Under the pieces are notes generated by a model. It was not told the DNA's origin. It made no database searches and saw nothing but the letters and a program-made list of their open reading frames with translations. Below, in pieces: positions 19,657-28,646 of a stretch of DNA of 64,000 nt. Source of the DNA: Bythopirellula sp. (GTDB lineage Bacteria; Planctomycetota; Planctomycetia; Pirellulales; Lacipirellulaceae); contig OZ244170.1 of NCBI GenBank assembly GCA_965216565.1, positions 3,616,001 to 3,680,000 of the forward strand, read 5' to 3'. The stretch's first letter is position 1; each line of letters opens with the position of its first letter. Position numbers and translations under genes: made by a program.

Positions 19657-20367
19657 TCAACGCAGCGGAAACACACCGGCTTTATCGGCGTTTTCCTCAA
19701 TCAGCTGACGCGTGGCACGTTCTTGATTTTCCAAGGCACGGGCAGCCGAGCGGCGAACGCGACGGTCTGCAATGCTATGCGCAAACCAAGGGGCATCGGT
19801 TTTGATAGCCTGCGTCAGTTCCAGTTCCACTTTGGACTGTTCTCCATTGGTTTCAGATTCATCGCGTGAGAATCGAGTCAGCAGTTCGTAGCCAACCAGT
19901 TTTTCGGATCCCTTCTCAAGCGTGGCGTGCGACTCAATCATATCGGGGCGAATCTGTACTTCTTGAGCCAAGTCGATCACGTTCTTGCCGATGTATTCGT
20001 CCAAAGTGCGAACCTGCAGGGTCCCTTTGAGATCGATTCCCCAGTCGGGACTGCCCGAAAGCACCGTATTGAGCAGGACCTGACCAAAGTTCTCACCGGA
20101 AGTGTCGATCTCGGCCTCGGTCCACTTTTGGCTAACAAACTCACTGTCGCCGCCCATAGTGACGATTTCTTTCGAAGCATTGGTGCGGACCATGATCTTC
20201 CGTAGCTTGGTGAATTCCATATCGATCGTAAACTCGCGTCGCACCGTTTGCTCGGTGGTGTATTCGCCACGAAAGATTAACCCACTAACGATGACCGCCA
20301 GCACGATCAACAGAGGGATGCCGATGAACCAGGCGTAACGACGTTTCGATGCTACGTTTTCAGACAT
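19657..20367 (-). CDS. Hypothetical membrane-anchored protein
   Basis: TM helix after MSENVASKRR; the reading frame stays open upstream, so the start is uncertain. Confidence 0.65.
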   Translation of the reverse strand: MSENVASKRRYAWFIGIPLLIVLAVIVSGLIFRGEYTTEQTVRREFTIDMEFTKLRKIMVRTNASKEIVTMGGDSEFVSQKWTEAEIDTSGENFGQVLLNTVLSGSPDWGIDLKGTLQVRTLDEYIGKNVIDLAQEVQIRPDMIESHATLEKGSEKLVGYELLTRFSRDESETNGEQSKVELELTQAIKTDAPWFAHSIADRRVRRSAARALENQERATRQLIEENADKAGVFPLR

Positions 20368-20614
20368 AAAAATAAGTGCCGGAAATGGGTTGAAAATGAG
20401 TTCCTTCACTGTAAACACCGAACAGGCTTGCTGCCACTGCCAAAAAGTCCGGCTTTTGCGATTTGCTTCTCGCCAGGCCAACTGCTGTAGAGCTTGCTCC
20501 AGTAGGTCGTCCGCCACACGATCTTGGTTGGTCGTCATTTGATGCCCCATCGGCCGTATTATTCGTGTAGATTGGTGTGGATTCGCGGTCAACTTCTTTC
20601 GACAACATCCCTCC

Positions 20615-21517
20615 ATGAAACTCACCCCCGCCCAGGCCCTGCTCCGCGCGCTGGTTGCCACGCTGTTCTTCTGCAGTGCGCCTGCCTGTGTGCGTGCTGT
20701 GGAAATGAACGCCTACACGCTAGGTGTGGCCCGTTTGGGGATGGCAAGCTTGGGCGTATTTGCCGTGCTCCTCTGGCAAAGGAAACTCTCTGTCAGTCAG
20801 ATTGCGCAATGGCCCGCCCGCACTTGGCAGGCGATGCTCTCAGTCGGCCTGATGTTCGGCCTGCACTGGCTGTTATTCTTCGTCAGCATCAAATGGGCGA
20901 GCGCCTCGATCGGCGCGATCGGCATGTCTACCTACGGTATCCAACTCTTAGTTCTGGGATGGGTGCTGGGCTTCGGTCGAGTCACGCCTATCGACGTGGT
21001 AGGCTTTTTCTTTGCTGTCACGGGCACCATCCTGCTGGTGCCAAAATTCGACCTGGCCAACCAACAAACGTTAGGTCTAGTGATGGCGATAGCCAGCGGA
21101 ACGGCCGCCGCCACACTTCCGCTGTTGCATCAAAAATTCTCCGACGTCGACAATAACCTCCGCACCTGGGGACAATTCACTTTTGGCATTCCCGTCTTCT
21201 GCCTCTTTTTTCCCGAACTGAATTGGGACGTTCCCTCTAGCGATTGGTTGCCGGTCCTGTATCTAGGCTTCGGTATTGCGCTGGTGGGTCACGCTCTTTG
21301 GATCCAGGCCACCACCGCTCTATCGACCACCGTCACTGGTATCCTGGCTTATGTCTATTTGCCTGGATCGCTGTTGTTCAGTTATCTGACCATCGGCGAA
21401 CGCCTGACGGGAATCATGCTACTGGGCACCGCCTGCGTCCTGGTGGCCAACGCCCTAGTGCTCTGGAATCAGTCGAAGCTCCGCGCGCTTGAAGCGAATG
21501 TGCCAGAAACTATGTAG
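20615..21517 (+). CDS. DMT/EamA family transporter
   Basis: About 10 TM helices in two EamA-like repeats; HWLLFF.SI and GERLT motifs. Confidence 0.9.
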   Translation: MKLTPAQALLRALVATLFFCSAPACVRAVEMNAYTLGVARLGMASLGVFAVLLWQRKLSVSQIAQWPARTWQAMLSVGLMFGLHWLLFFVSIKWASASIGAIGMSTYGIQLLVLGWVLGFGRVTPIDVVGFFFAVTGTILLVPKFDLANQQTLGLVMAIASGTAAATLPLLHQKFSDVDNNLRTWGQFTFGIPVFCLFFPELNWDVPSSDWLPVLYLGFGIALVGHALWIQATTALSTTVTGILAYVYLPGSLLFSYLTIGERLTGIMLLGTACVLVANALVLWNQSKLRALEANVPETM

Positions 21518-21611
21518 GGGCACGGGCAATGCTGCTGTTCGCAAATGGCCTGCAGAGGATTGCTACTTGTACTTTGCGCAAAGCACCTAGTGGGTCGCTG
21601 CATGAATGCTG

Positions 21612-21803
21612 CTACAGCGAATCGTCTCCCGTGCGTGTGAGGGCGAAGTAGATCACGTAGAACCACGACAGGAACCCGGCCACAATGGCCCAGAAGATCG
21701 ATTTATTTCGTTCCCAGCTGCACACCACGGCAACGGCTGCACCTAGTGTAATGCCGGAGTGCGTGACGTTTTGGACAACGGTTTCGGCGAGAAGCATCGG
21801 CAA
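21612..21803 (-). CDS. Small two-TM membrane protein
   Basis: 63 aa, GITLGAAVAVVCSW.RNKSI.WAI.AG.LSWFYVIYF; GGGA upstream of ATG. Confidence 0.7.
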   Translation of the reverse strand: MPMLLAETVVQNVTHSGITLGAAVAVVCSWERNKSIFWAIVAGFLSWFYVIYFALTRTGDDSL

Positions 21804-21843
21804 TTTCCCTTTGGCTTTGGTTTTCTAGACGGAGTGTTATTTT

Positions 21844-21870
21844 GCCACAGAGGGCACAGGGAACATAGAG
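21844..21870. repeat. CCAC-anchored 9-nt-periodic repeat arm
   Basis: GCCACAGAGGG-CACAGGGAA-CATAGAG; direct relative of 22403-22428 and inverted relative of 23324-23341. Confidence 0.7.
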
Positions 21871-21987
21871 AAACAACTATGTGGACAAGACTTCCACGTA
21901 ATCCATCCTTGAAAGTTCTATCCGGGTATTCGCTCCGAACTGCCGGATATTGGCTTTTTTGAAGAGCCTTTTCCGTGAGTGCAAGAA

Positions 21988-22335
21988 TTACGAGTCTGAG
22001 TTTTGCCTGGCAAGCAGCAGGGGATCGACGCTCGCCTCGATCTCCGCAATGAGGTCTGGATCCATGTATTTATACTCGTCGGGAATATCCAGGACGTGAA
22101 ATTCCTGGTGCCGCATCTCCCCGGGAAATTTGCTCGCCACCCGTTGGTGATGTTTCCGCTCCATGAAGAATACGACGTCGGCCCACTTCAAATCCGCCGA
22201 CGCCACGGTTCGCCGCGCGGTGGGACTCGTCCCCGCCGACCGCACCTGCGCCCGCGGATGCCTGGCATACACCTTCTCCGCAGTCGGACTCCGCCACTGA
22301 TTCATCGTGCAGATGAAAAGAAGATTAAGCGACAT
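21988..22335 (-). CDS. Low-molecular-weight protein-tyrosine phosphatase-like protein
   Basis: LLFICTMNQWRSPTAE (CX5R-S P-loop), SAGT, WAD and LDIPD motifs; ATG 22335. Confidence 0.88.
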   Translation of the reverse strand: MSLNLLFICTMNQWRSPTAEKVYARHPRAQVRSAGTSPTARRTVASADLKWADVVFFMERKHHQRVASKFPGEMRHQEFHVLDIPDEYKYMDPDLIAEIEASVDPLLLARQNSDS

Positions 22336-22402
22336 CGGCTCGCTCTGTTTGGTTTCGTGGTGTGGTAATTCGCTGCCCGATAGGTGGGGCCTTTTTAATT
22401 TA

Positions 22403-22428
22403 CCACAGAGGACGCGGAGGTCGCAGAG
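22403..22428. repeat. CCAC-anchored 9-nt-periodic repeat arm
   Basis: CCACAGAGGA-CGCGGAGGT-CGCAGAG; inverted partner at 23324-23340. Confidence 0.7.
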
Positions 22429-22557
22429 GTGAAAAGTCCTTAGTGCCACTGGTTTTGTAACTAGAGTAAAGATGGTGAATACATAGCTAGCGATATCTAG
22501 GCTATGGTCATATCAATGGGCGGGTGGTGTTGAAGTGGTTTTATCCCACTGTTTTCC

Positions 22558-23247
22558 TCACTCGATATTGTCTCGCTTCTCAAGGTTATGTCGAACGCAT
22601 AGTAGCTGAACATTCTCTGCTGCCAATGATGTTCCACCGCGGGAATAAGGCAGAATGTGGTCGAAGTGTAGTTCATCGTTGGCACCACACATTACACACT
22701 TTCCTCTGTCTCGCTTCCATACCTCGAGCTTGATTCTAGTTGGTATTAACCTGCCATGAGATAGCTCTGCGGTCATCTCGGACTTTTTGCCAGCTTCAAC
22801 ATTCTTTATGCGAAGCGTGAACTTGAAGACTTTCCTAACGCCATTCCCTTCCAAGCAAGAATCAATGAGCTGAAACACCCCATTAAAGGACCAAATTCCG
22901 GGACGCAGCTTCTCGTAAACGCGTACCATTTCTGGAGAGCGAAGTTTCGATTTGTATTCGTTCGCGGCATTATGAAACTTACCGTTCTCGGTGAGTTTTC
23001 CACTTGGCAATCGCTCTGGTTGATCGACTAGTTTTGGATTTGGGCATGTTGAAGTTTTCGGTTCATCGTGGCCCTCATAGATTAGTGTTAGACCATCCTT
23101 AGTAATTGTATCTGTATAAGGTGCATTGCTACGCTGCGACATTAGCAAGATCGAGGGCCGACCAGAGGACGAGAAGTTCATCCCTCTCTGTAAATTGAGA
23201 CCTTCTCGTTGGCACATCTCGGCATAAGAAACAATTTCGTTCGACAT
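22558..23247 (-). CDS. HNH endonuclease with N-terminal SRA-like domain
   Basis: C-terminal VWKRDRGKCVMCG...LHFDHILPYSRGG....NVQLLCVRHN; N-terminal YTD...LIYEG...DQ...N...VRVY; visibly AT-rich. Confidence 0.88.
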   Translation of the reverse strand: MSNEIVSYAEMCQREGLNLQRGMNFSSSGRPSILLMSQRSNAPYTDTITKDGLTLIYEGHDEPKTSTCPNPKLVDQPERLPSGKLTENGKFHNAANEYKSKLRSPEMVRVYEKLRPGIWSFNGVFQLIDSCLEGNGVRKVFKFTLRIKNVEAGKKSEMTAELSHGRLIPTRIKLEVWKRDRGKCVMCGANDELHFDHILPYSRGGTSLAAENVQLLCVRHNLEKRDNIE

Positions 23248-23323
23248 AGTATCTCTTCATCTGTGAGTCATCATTCTGTACATTCCCATAATATAAATAG
23301 CGACCACATTCCCTTCCACTAGA

Positions 23324-23341
23324 CTCCGCACCCTCCGTGGC
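23324..23341. repeat. Inverted CCAC repeat arm upstream of the HNH gene
   Basis: Minus strand reads GCCACGGAGGGTGCGGAG. Confidence 0.65.
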
Positions 23342-23358
23342 TTTCTCCCTCTCCAATG

Positions 23359-23393
23359 AAAAACGGGCCCCGGTGCAATACACCGAAGCCCGT
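23359..23393 (-). terminator. Intrinsic terminator downstream of nrdJ
   Basis: Minus strand AACGGGCTTCGGTG-TATTG-CACCGGGGCCCGTT followed by a T tract. Confidence 0.65.
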
Positions 23394-23418
23394 TGGGAAA
23401 ACCATTCATTGCGAGGCA

Positions 23419-23459
23419 CTAGCCCCTAGCCCCCAGCTCCTACCCACTAGCCCCTACCC
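23419..23459. repeat. Degenerate heptamer tandem repeat (CTAGCCC)n
   Basis: CTAGCCC CTAGCCC CCAGCTC CTACCCA CTAGCCC CTACCC. Confidence 0.8.
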
Positions 23460-23526
23460 AAAAAATATCGCTGCTCGCGGGCGTCGGTGCCCCGAGCGTC
23501 CTGCTACGAGCAGCGGTTGGAAGTGG

Positions 23527-23577
23527 TTAGCTGTCAGCTCTCAGCTTGTCGAAACAAGGCTGAAAGCTGACCGCTGA
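23527..23577. repeat. Heptamer-based inverted repeat hairpin
   Basis: TTAGCTGTCAGCTCTCAGC...GCTGAAAGCTGACCGCTGA immediately after the nrdJ stop. Confidence 0.7.
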
Positions 23578-23589
23578 ATGCTGATGGCT

Positions 23590-26500
23590 TTAACTACATC
23601 CCATCGAATTGCCACAATTGTGGCACAGGTAGCAGTTGCCGTTGCGGACCGTGATGGAGCCGCAGCCGTCGCAGCTGGGGGCGTCGGTTTGGAAGCCGGC
23701 AAACTGCTCGTTGCGGTCGCCACCGGCTTCGTCGTCGGTCCCCATCATCACCCCAGCACGCGCCAGTCGGTTGGTGTAGCCTTTGGAGTGACCGTTGGCG
23801 TGGCCATTGGTAGTTGCACCGTTTTGGCCTACCTCTGCCTCCTTGGCAACTGCCTGCCCGTCGGACTTCTTGTCGACGGGCTTGGTCTCGGTGAGATCGT
23901 CGCCCAGATCTGCGTTCGGGGACGAAGCGGCTCCCCCACCCCCTGCTCCCTCGCCGAGCGTCGCCTCCTTGTAGCCGGGCAAAAACTCGTTGCCCAACCA
24001 GCGGAAGATGTAGTCGATCAGACTCTTGGCGATGCGGATGTCCGGGTTCTTGGTGTAACCCTGCGGCTCGAACCGCATGTGCGAGAACTTGCGGACGTAG
24101 TCTTCCAACGGCACGCCGTATTGCAGGCTCATCGACACGCTGGTCCCGAAGGCGTCCATCAAACCGCCGATGGTGCTGCCTTCCTTAGCCATGGTGATGA
24201 ACAGCTCGCCGGGGCGACCGTCCTCGTAGAGGCCCACCGTGATGTAGCCCTCGTGGCCGCTGACGCTGAACTTGTGCGTGAGCGAATGCCGCGTTTCGGT
24301 CAGCCGTTCGCGACGCGGTCGTCCCACCGTGGCGGCCAGCTTGTCTTTGGCCTTGTCGCCCTCGGTCGACGTGCTCAACGGTTGGCTTTCCTTCGAGCCG
24401 TCGCGGTAGATCGCCAAGGCTTTGAGACCCAGCTTCCAGCCGTCGACGTACGCCTGACCGATTTCCTCCGGCGTGGTTTCCCGTGGCATGTTGACCGTCT
24501 TGGAAATCGCCCCGGAAAGGAACGGCTGCGCGGCACCCATCATCGTCACGTGCGCTTGCCAGGCAATCGAACGCGTGCCGTTGCGGGGTGAAAATGCACA
24601 ATCGAATACCGGCAGATGCTCGTCGGCTAGTTCCTTGCTGCCTTCGATCGTGTCGTGACTATCGATGTACTCGAGAATCGACTCGATCTGCGGCTGGTCG
24701 TAACCCAACGTCTGCAGTGCCAGTGGTACGGTTTGGTTGACGATCTTCAGCATGCCACCGCCGGCAAGCTGCTTGTACTTCACCAGGGCGATGTCCGGTT
24801 CGATGCCGGTGGTATCGCAATCCATCATGAAGCTGATCGTGCCGGTAGGCGCGAGCACCGTGGCCTGGGCGTTGCGGAAGCCATGCACGCGACCGGCGGC
24901 CAGTACGTTGTCCCAAGACTTGCGAGCGGCAGCGACCAGATAGTCCGGACATTCCGGCTGGATCTGCTCAACCGCGTCGCGATGCTTTTGCATCACTCGC
25001 ATCATCGGTTCGTGGTTGGGCTCGTACTCGTCGAAGGTGCCCACGGCCTCGGCCAGCTCGCTGCTGGTAAGGTTCGCCGCACCGTGCATCAGCGAGGTAA
25101 TCGCTCCACAGATGCCGCGGGCTTTGTCGGAATCGTAAGCCACGCCGCCAGACATTAACAAGCTGCCCAGGTTCGAGTAGCCGAGTCCGAGTGGACGGAA
25201 CAGATGGCTATTGCGGGCGATGTCGGGCGTCGGATAACTGGCGTGATCGACCAAAATCTCCTGCGCGATGAAGAACGTCCGGCAAGCCGTTTGGTAACGC
25301 TCGTGATCGAACGTGCCATCGTCCTGACGGAACTTCATCAAGTTCACGCTGGCCAGGTTGCACGCCGTGTCGTCGAGGAACATGTACTCGCTGCACGGGT
25401 TACTGGCATTGATGCGACCACTGTTGGGGCACGTGTGCCAATCGTTGATGGTCGTGTCGTATTGCACGCCGGGGTCGCCACAGTGCCAGGCACATTCGGC
25501 CATCCGACTCACCACTTCGCGAGCCGGATAGGTTGGGCCAGGAATGTTTTCGTCGGTGACCCAACGCGTGGTCCAATCTTCGTTCTTTTCGACCGCTTGC
25601 ATAAAGTCGTCGGTGACGCGGACGGAGAGATTGGCGTTTTGGAACATGATCGAGCTATAGGCTTCGCCATTAAAGTTGGCCTCGTAGCCGCCCTTCTCGA
25701 TCAGCACGCGAGCCTTTTGCTCTTCTTTCCACTTGCACTCGATGAACTCCATCACGTCTGGGTGCCAGACCTTGATCGATTGCATCTTGGCGGCGCGGCG
25801 CGTTTTGCCGCCACTTTTCACCACGGCTGCAATTTGGTCGTAGACACGCATGAACGAGAGCGGGCCGCTGGGGTTGCCGCCGCCGGAAAGTTTTTCCCGA
25901 TGCGATCGCAGCGTGGAGAGGTCGGTCCCCGTACCGCTACCAAACTTGAAGAGCATCGCCTCGCTGCGGGCCAGCTCCATGATGTCTTCCATGTTGTCAT
26001 CAACATGCTGGATGAAGCACGCGCTGCCCTGCGGATATTCGTACGGATTCTCCGGCTGCGCGACGTTCTGCGTCACCGGATCCCACCGCCAGTTGCAGGG
26101 ATCGCCCGACACGCCGTACTGATGGAACAGACCGACGTTGAACCACACTGGTGAATTGAATGCACCATGCTGATGCAAACAGAGCCAAGCCAAATCGCGG
26201 TAGTAGCGCTCGCCATCTTCGGGGCTGGCAAAGTAGCCATCTTCCAAACCCCAATCGGTAATGGTGCGGGCAACGCGATGCACCAATTGACGCACGCTGT
26301 ACTCGCGCTCTTCGGTGCCGATTTCGCCGTAGAAGTACTTGCTGCAGATAACGTTGGTGGCAAGCTGCGACCAGAAGGAAGGCACTTCGCAGTTGGTTTG
26401 CTCGAACAGCAGTTCGCCGTTCTCGCCTTTAATCTCGGCACTGCGGGTTTCCCATTCGACGGTGTCAAAGGGATCGGCAACGTCCGTGGGGCAGAAGGTG

Positions 26501-26607
26501 GTATCGACCTTTAGCCGACCATGAAAACGCTTGACACGTTCCTGGCTATCGGAAAGACCGGGGTTGGTTCCTTGTGAGCTCTTCATTCCAAAGTCGACAG
26601 TGGCCAC
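23590..26607 (-). CDS. nrdJ: Vitamin B12-dependent (class II) ribonucleotide reductase
   Basis: FNSPVWFN, SACFI, RRAAKM, SNPCSE, ACNLAS, APTGTIS, SGAISKTVN; TSCPD-like C-terminal domain with CxxC...CxxC. GTG 26607 follows AGGAGG (ORF track start 26664). Confidence 0.96.
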   Translation of the reverse strand: MATVDFGMKSSQGTNPGLSDSQERVKRFHGRLKVDTTFCPTDVADPFDTVEWETRSAEIKGENGELLFEQTNCEVPSFWSQLATNVICSKYFYGEIGTEEREYSVRQLVHRVARTITDWGLEDGYFASPEDGERYYRDLAWLCLHQHGAFNSPVWFNVGLFHQYGVSGDPCNWRWDPVTQNVAQPENPYEYPQGSACFIQHVDDNMEDIMELARSEAMLFKFGSGTGTDLSTLRSHREKLSGGGNPSGPLSFMRVYDQIAAVVKSGGKTRRAAKMQSIKVWHPDVMEFIECKWKEEQKARVLIEKGGYEANFNGEAYSSIMFQNANLSVRVTDDFMQAVEKNEDWTTRWVTDENIPGPTYPAREVVSRMAECAWHCGDPGVQYDTTINDWHTCPNSGRINASNPCSEYMFLDDTACNLASVNLMKFRQDDGTFDHERYQTACRTFFIAQEILVDHASYPTPDIARNSHLFRPLGLGYSNLGSLLMSGGVAYDSDKARGICGAITSLMHGAANLTSSELAEAVGTFDEYEPNHEPMMRVMQKHRDAVEQIQPECPDYLVAAARKSWDNVLAAGRVHGFRNAQATVLAPTGTISFMMDCDTTGIEPDIALVKYKQLAGGGMLKIVNQTVPLALQTLGYDQPQIESILEYIDSHDTIEGSKELADEHLPVFDCAFSPRNGTRSIAWQAHVTMMGAAQPFLSGAISKTVNMPRETTPEEIGQAYVDGWKLGLKALAIYRDGSKESQPLSTSTEGDKAKDKLAATVGRPRRERLTETRHSLTHKFSVSGHEGYITVGLYEDGRPGELFITMAKEGSTIGGLMDAFGTSVSMSLQYGVPLEDYVRKFSHMRFEPQGYTKNPDIRIAKSLIDYIFRWLGNEFLPGYKEATLGEGAGGGGAASSPNADLGDDLTETKPVDKKSDGQAVAKEAEVGQNGATTNGHANGHSKGYTNRLARAGVMMGTDDEAGGDRNEQFAGFQTDAPSCDGCGSITVRNGNCYLCHNCGNSMGCS

Positions 26608-26835
26608 AGCATAACCTCCTGTTAAATAGATTCCTGGGGCATCCATACCAATGATCGGAAACATGTACTCCTGTACACCAATCCAATCTAAGTGTAACCA
26701 ATATTAGGTCTGTCCGCCAAACATGTTTTCAGCGAGCGATGCTCGGAAGGAAACAAGCTTCTGGGTTGTCGGGTACCAGATTTTGGGGGGTGATAGACCT
26801 TGACTCGTCAAAAACGAGGTAATTTATTCGCCAAA

Positions 26836-26970
26836 AATCTACATGTTGTATGTGATGCCCTAAAATACATACTACATCCAGTTTTGAAGGGCCTGATCTT
26901 ACACTCTTCGGCCCGGCCGTCAACTGGATATTGTATTTTTCTTAACCTGCTAGCACACAACAGGTTGTGG
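26836..26970. promoter_or_regulatory. Candidate NrdR boxes (four)
   Basis: AATCTACATGTTGTAT (26836), ATACTACATCCAGTTT (26869), CAACTGGATATTGTAT (26921) and ACACAACAGGTTGTGG (26955) resemble acaCwAtATaTwGtgt, upstream of nrdJ. Confidence 0.6.
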
Positions 26971-27129
26971 CGAGTGTGCAGTGCTAGCGAAATGTCCAGG
27001 GGAGAGTGGTCGATAAGTTTGAGAGGCTAATCGTTAAACTCTGCCACGACCGGGCTTTAGCCTCGCGATGGCTGTGTAAAGCAGCTACCCTCCCGGCACT
27101 GCGAGTTTCCCCACGGAGGTTTCTGAGCC

Positions 27130-27381
27130 ATGAGAGTCCTATCCTGTGTTTTCGTAGGAGTTGCGATTTCTGTCTGCACTGGCTGCACATCGGTTCGAGC
27201 GACACTATTCGAGGGATTCATGGATTCAATGCTCTGTTCTCTGCTTGATTCCGACGAAAAGATCGACGCCCACGTGCTTAAACGCAAGGGAATTGAGCCA
27301 GGCAGCAAGGCGCACAAGAAGCTGGAATATCACGAAAAATTCAGCCGCGACTTCTATCGAAAACACGACTCAAACTACTAG
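27130..27381 (+). CDS. Small putative lipoprotein
   Basis: 83 aa; hydrophobic N-terminus ending VCTGC (lipobox-like). Confidence 0.55.
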   Translation: MRVLSCVFVGVAISVCTGCTSVRATLFEGFMDSMLCSLLDSDEKIDAHVLKRKGIEPGSKAHKKLEYHEKFSRDFYRKHDSNY

Positions 27382-27400
27382 AGATACTTTAGGGCCCGCC

Positions 27401-27889
27401 TCAACCGAGCAGCTCTGGATTGAGCCGTACCAGGGCGAAATTAAGTGCCGCGGCAAACGAGACCCAGGCCAGGTAGGGCGTCAGCAGCAGCCCCGCTGCG
27501 GGCTTAATCCGCCAGAATGCCACGATCGTTGCCACAATCAGACCCCAGAGCAAACCGATGTCTACCAGAGCCATCGTGCCCTGTTGCCAAGCAAAGAACA
27601 GCCAACTCCACAAGGCGTTCACAATTAGCTGTGCGACAAATAAGCCCATCGCTAGCCGGGCACCAGCGAAGCCTTTCTCTCGCCACACCAGCCACGCGGC
27701 AATGGCCATCAATGCGTAGAGCACCGTCCACACCGGGCCAAATAACCAAGCCGGCGGCGACCACTCGGGACGAATCAACTCGGCGTAGAAATCTGGAGCA
27801 TTGACCGAAGCAATCGCACCCACGGCCGACGCTGCAAAGCTAAAGAGCAGCCAACCAATGAGACCTAGAGTTTGATTTCCGACAGACAT
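27401..27889 (-). CDS. tspO: TspO/MBR tryptophan-rich sensory protein
   Basis: PEWSPPAWLFGPVWTVLY, NALWSWLFF and PYLAWVSFAAALN motifs. Confidence 0.95.
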   Translation of the reverse strand: MSVGNQTLGLIGWLLFSFAASAVGAIASVNAPDFYAELIRPEWSPPAWLFGPVWTVLYALMAIAAWLVWREKGFAGARLAMGLFVAQLIVNALWSWLFFAWQQGTMALVDIGLLWGLIVATIVAFWRIKPAAGLLLTPYLAWVSFAAALNFALVRLNPELLG

Positions 27890-28024
27890 AAGATTGCGAC
27901 AAGACCTCGAACAAACAGGTTCCTATAGGGTTTTTAGGGCCCTAGATGCAAAAGAGAAGTGGAAAAACCATCACGAGATGACGGAACAAACGAGTATGCG
28001 GCCTGCGGTTGAGAGAGCGAAAAA

Positions 28025-28054
28025 GCCCGCGAATCTACGCCGATGGACGCGAAT
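28025..28054. repeat. 10-nt-periodic repeat arm downstream of the nuclease-like gene
   Basis: GCC-CGCGAATCTA-CGCCGATGGA-CGCGAAT; degenerate inverted partner at 28605-28628. Confidence 0.55.
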
Positions 28055-28077
28055 AAGGGCAAGGCATCAGATCGAGA

Positions 28078-28569
28078 TCAGTCCCTCATGTGACCGAGGA
28101 TTTGAAGGACTCTAAAAACGGGGTTGCGCGCATCATATGTTTCATTTGAAGCGAGTTCCAGCAACTCGGTAATCTTGGCTTTATACTGCTCGTTGATAAT
28201 TAGTTCCAAATCTTCAATCTCCTCCAAATGCTCTGTAATAAATCCCTTCGGGACATAAGGAGACCAAAACTGAAATCGCAAACTCTCAAATGTTCGCAAG
28301 TAGTGCTTTGAATACTCTTTCTGTCGAGAGATCTTTCTCGTAACTCTCTCGACAGTTTCTTGATTGCTACCATACTGCAATCCCCGAATGTGAGTGGTGA
28401 CCTCACACAGGATAGCTTCTCGATTCGCAAAATTTAGCCCCAAGACGTCAAGCTCATTGAGACCTTGCAGACCACCACCTGGGGGCCTGACATTGTAGTC
28501 AACGACGTCGCACTGTTCGATTAACTGAAGATATGCACCAACAAAATACTCACCAACGTCAGTAAGCAT
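28078..28569 (-). CDS. Hypothetical protein, PD-(D/E)XK nuclease-like
   Basis: GEYFVGAYL (helix E), NELDVLG and LCEVTT (ExT instead of ExK); AT-rich; GGAG before ATG 28569. Confidence 0.7.
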   Translation of the reverse strand: MLTDVGEYFVGAYLQLIEQCDVVDYNVRPPGGGLQGLNELDVLGLNFANREAILCEVTTHIRGLQYGSNQETVERVTRKISRQKEYSKHYLRTFESLRFQFWSPYVPKGFITEHLEEIEDLELIINEQYKAKITELLELASNETYDARNPVFRVLQILGHMRD

Positions 28570-28646
28570 TAGTTCTCCCAATAAGAGGAAGCCACGAAAG
28601 AGTTGTCCGATCCGCGCTATTCGTGGTCCTCAACCGAACCACCGAA

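Noticed and set aside
23578..26154. Long plus-strand ORFs (337, 167 and 316 aa) opposite nrdJ
   Set aside because: Antisense shadows of a GC-rich, codon-biased gene; no protein motifs.
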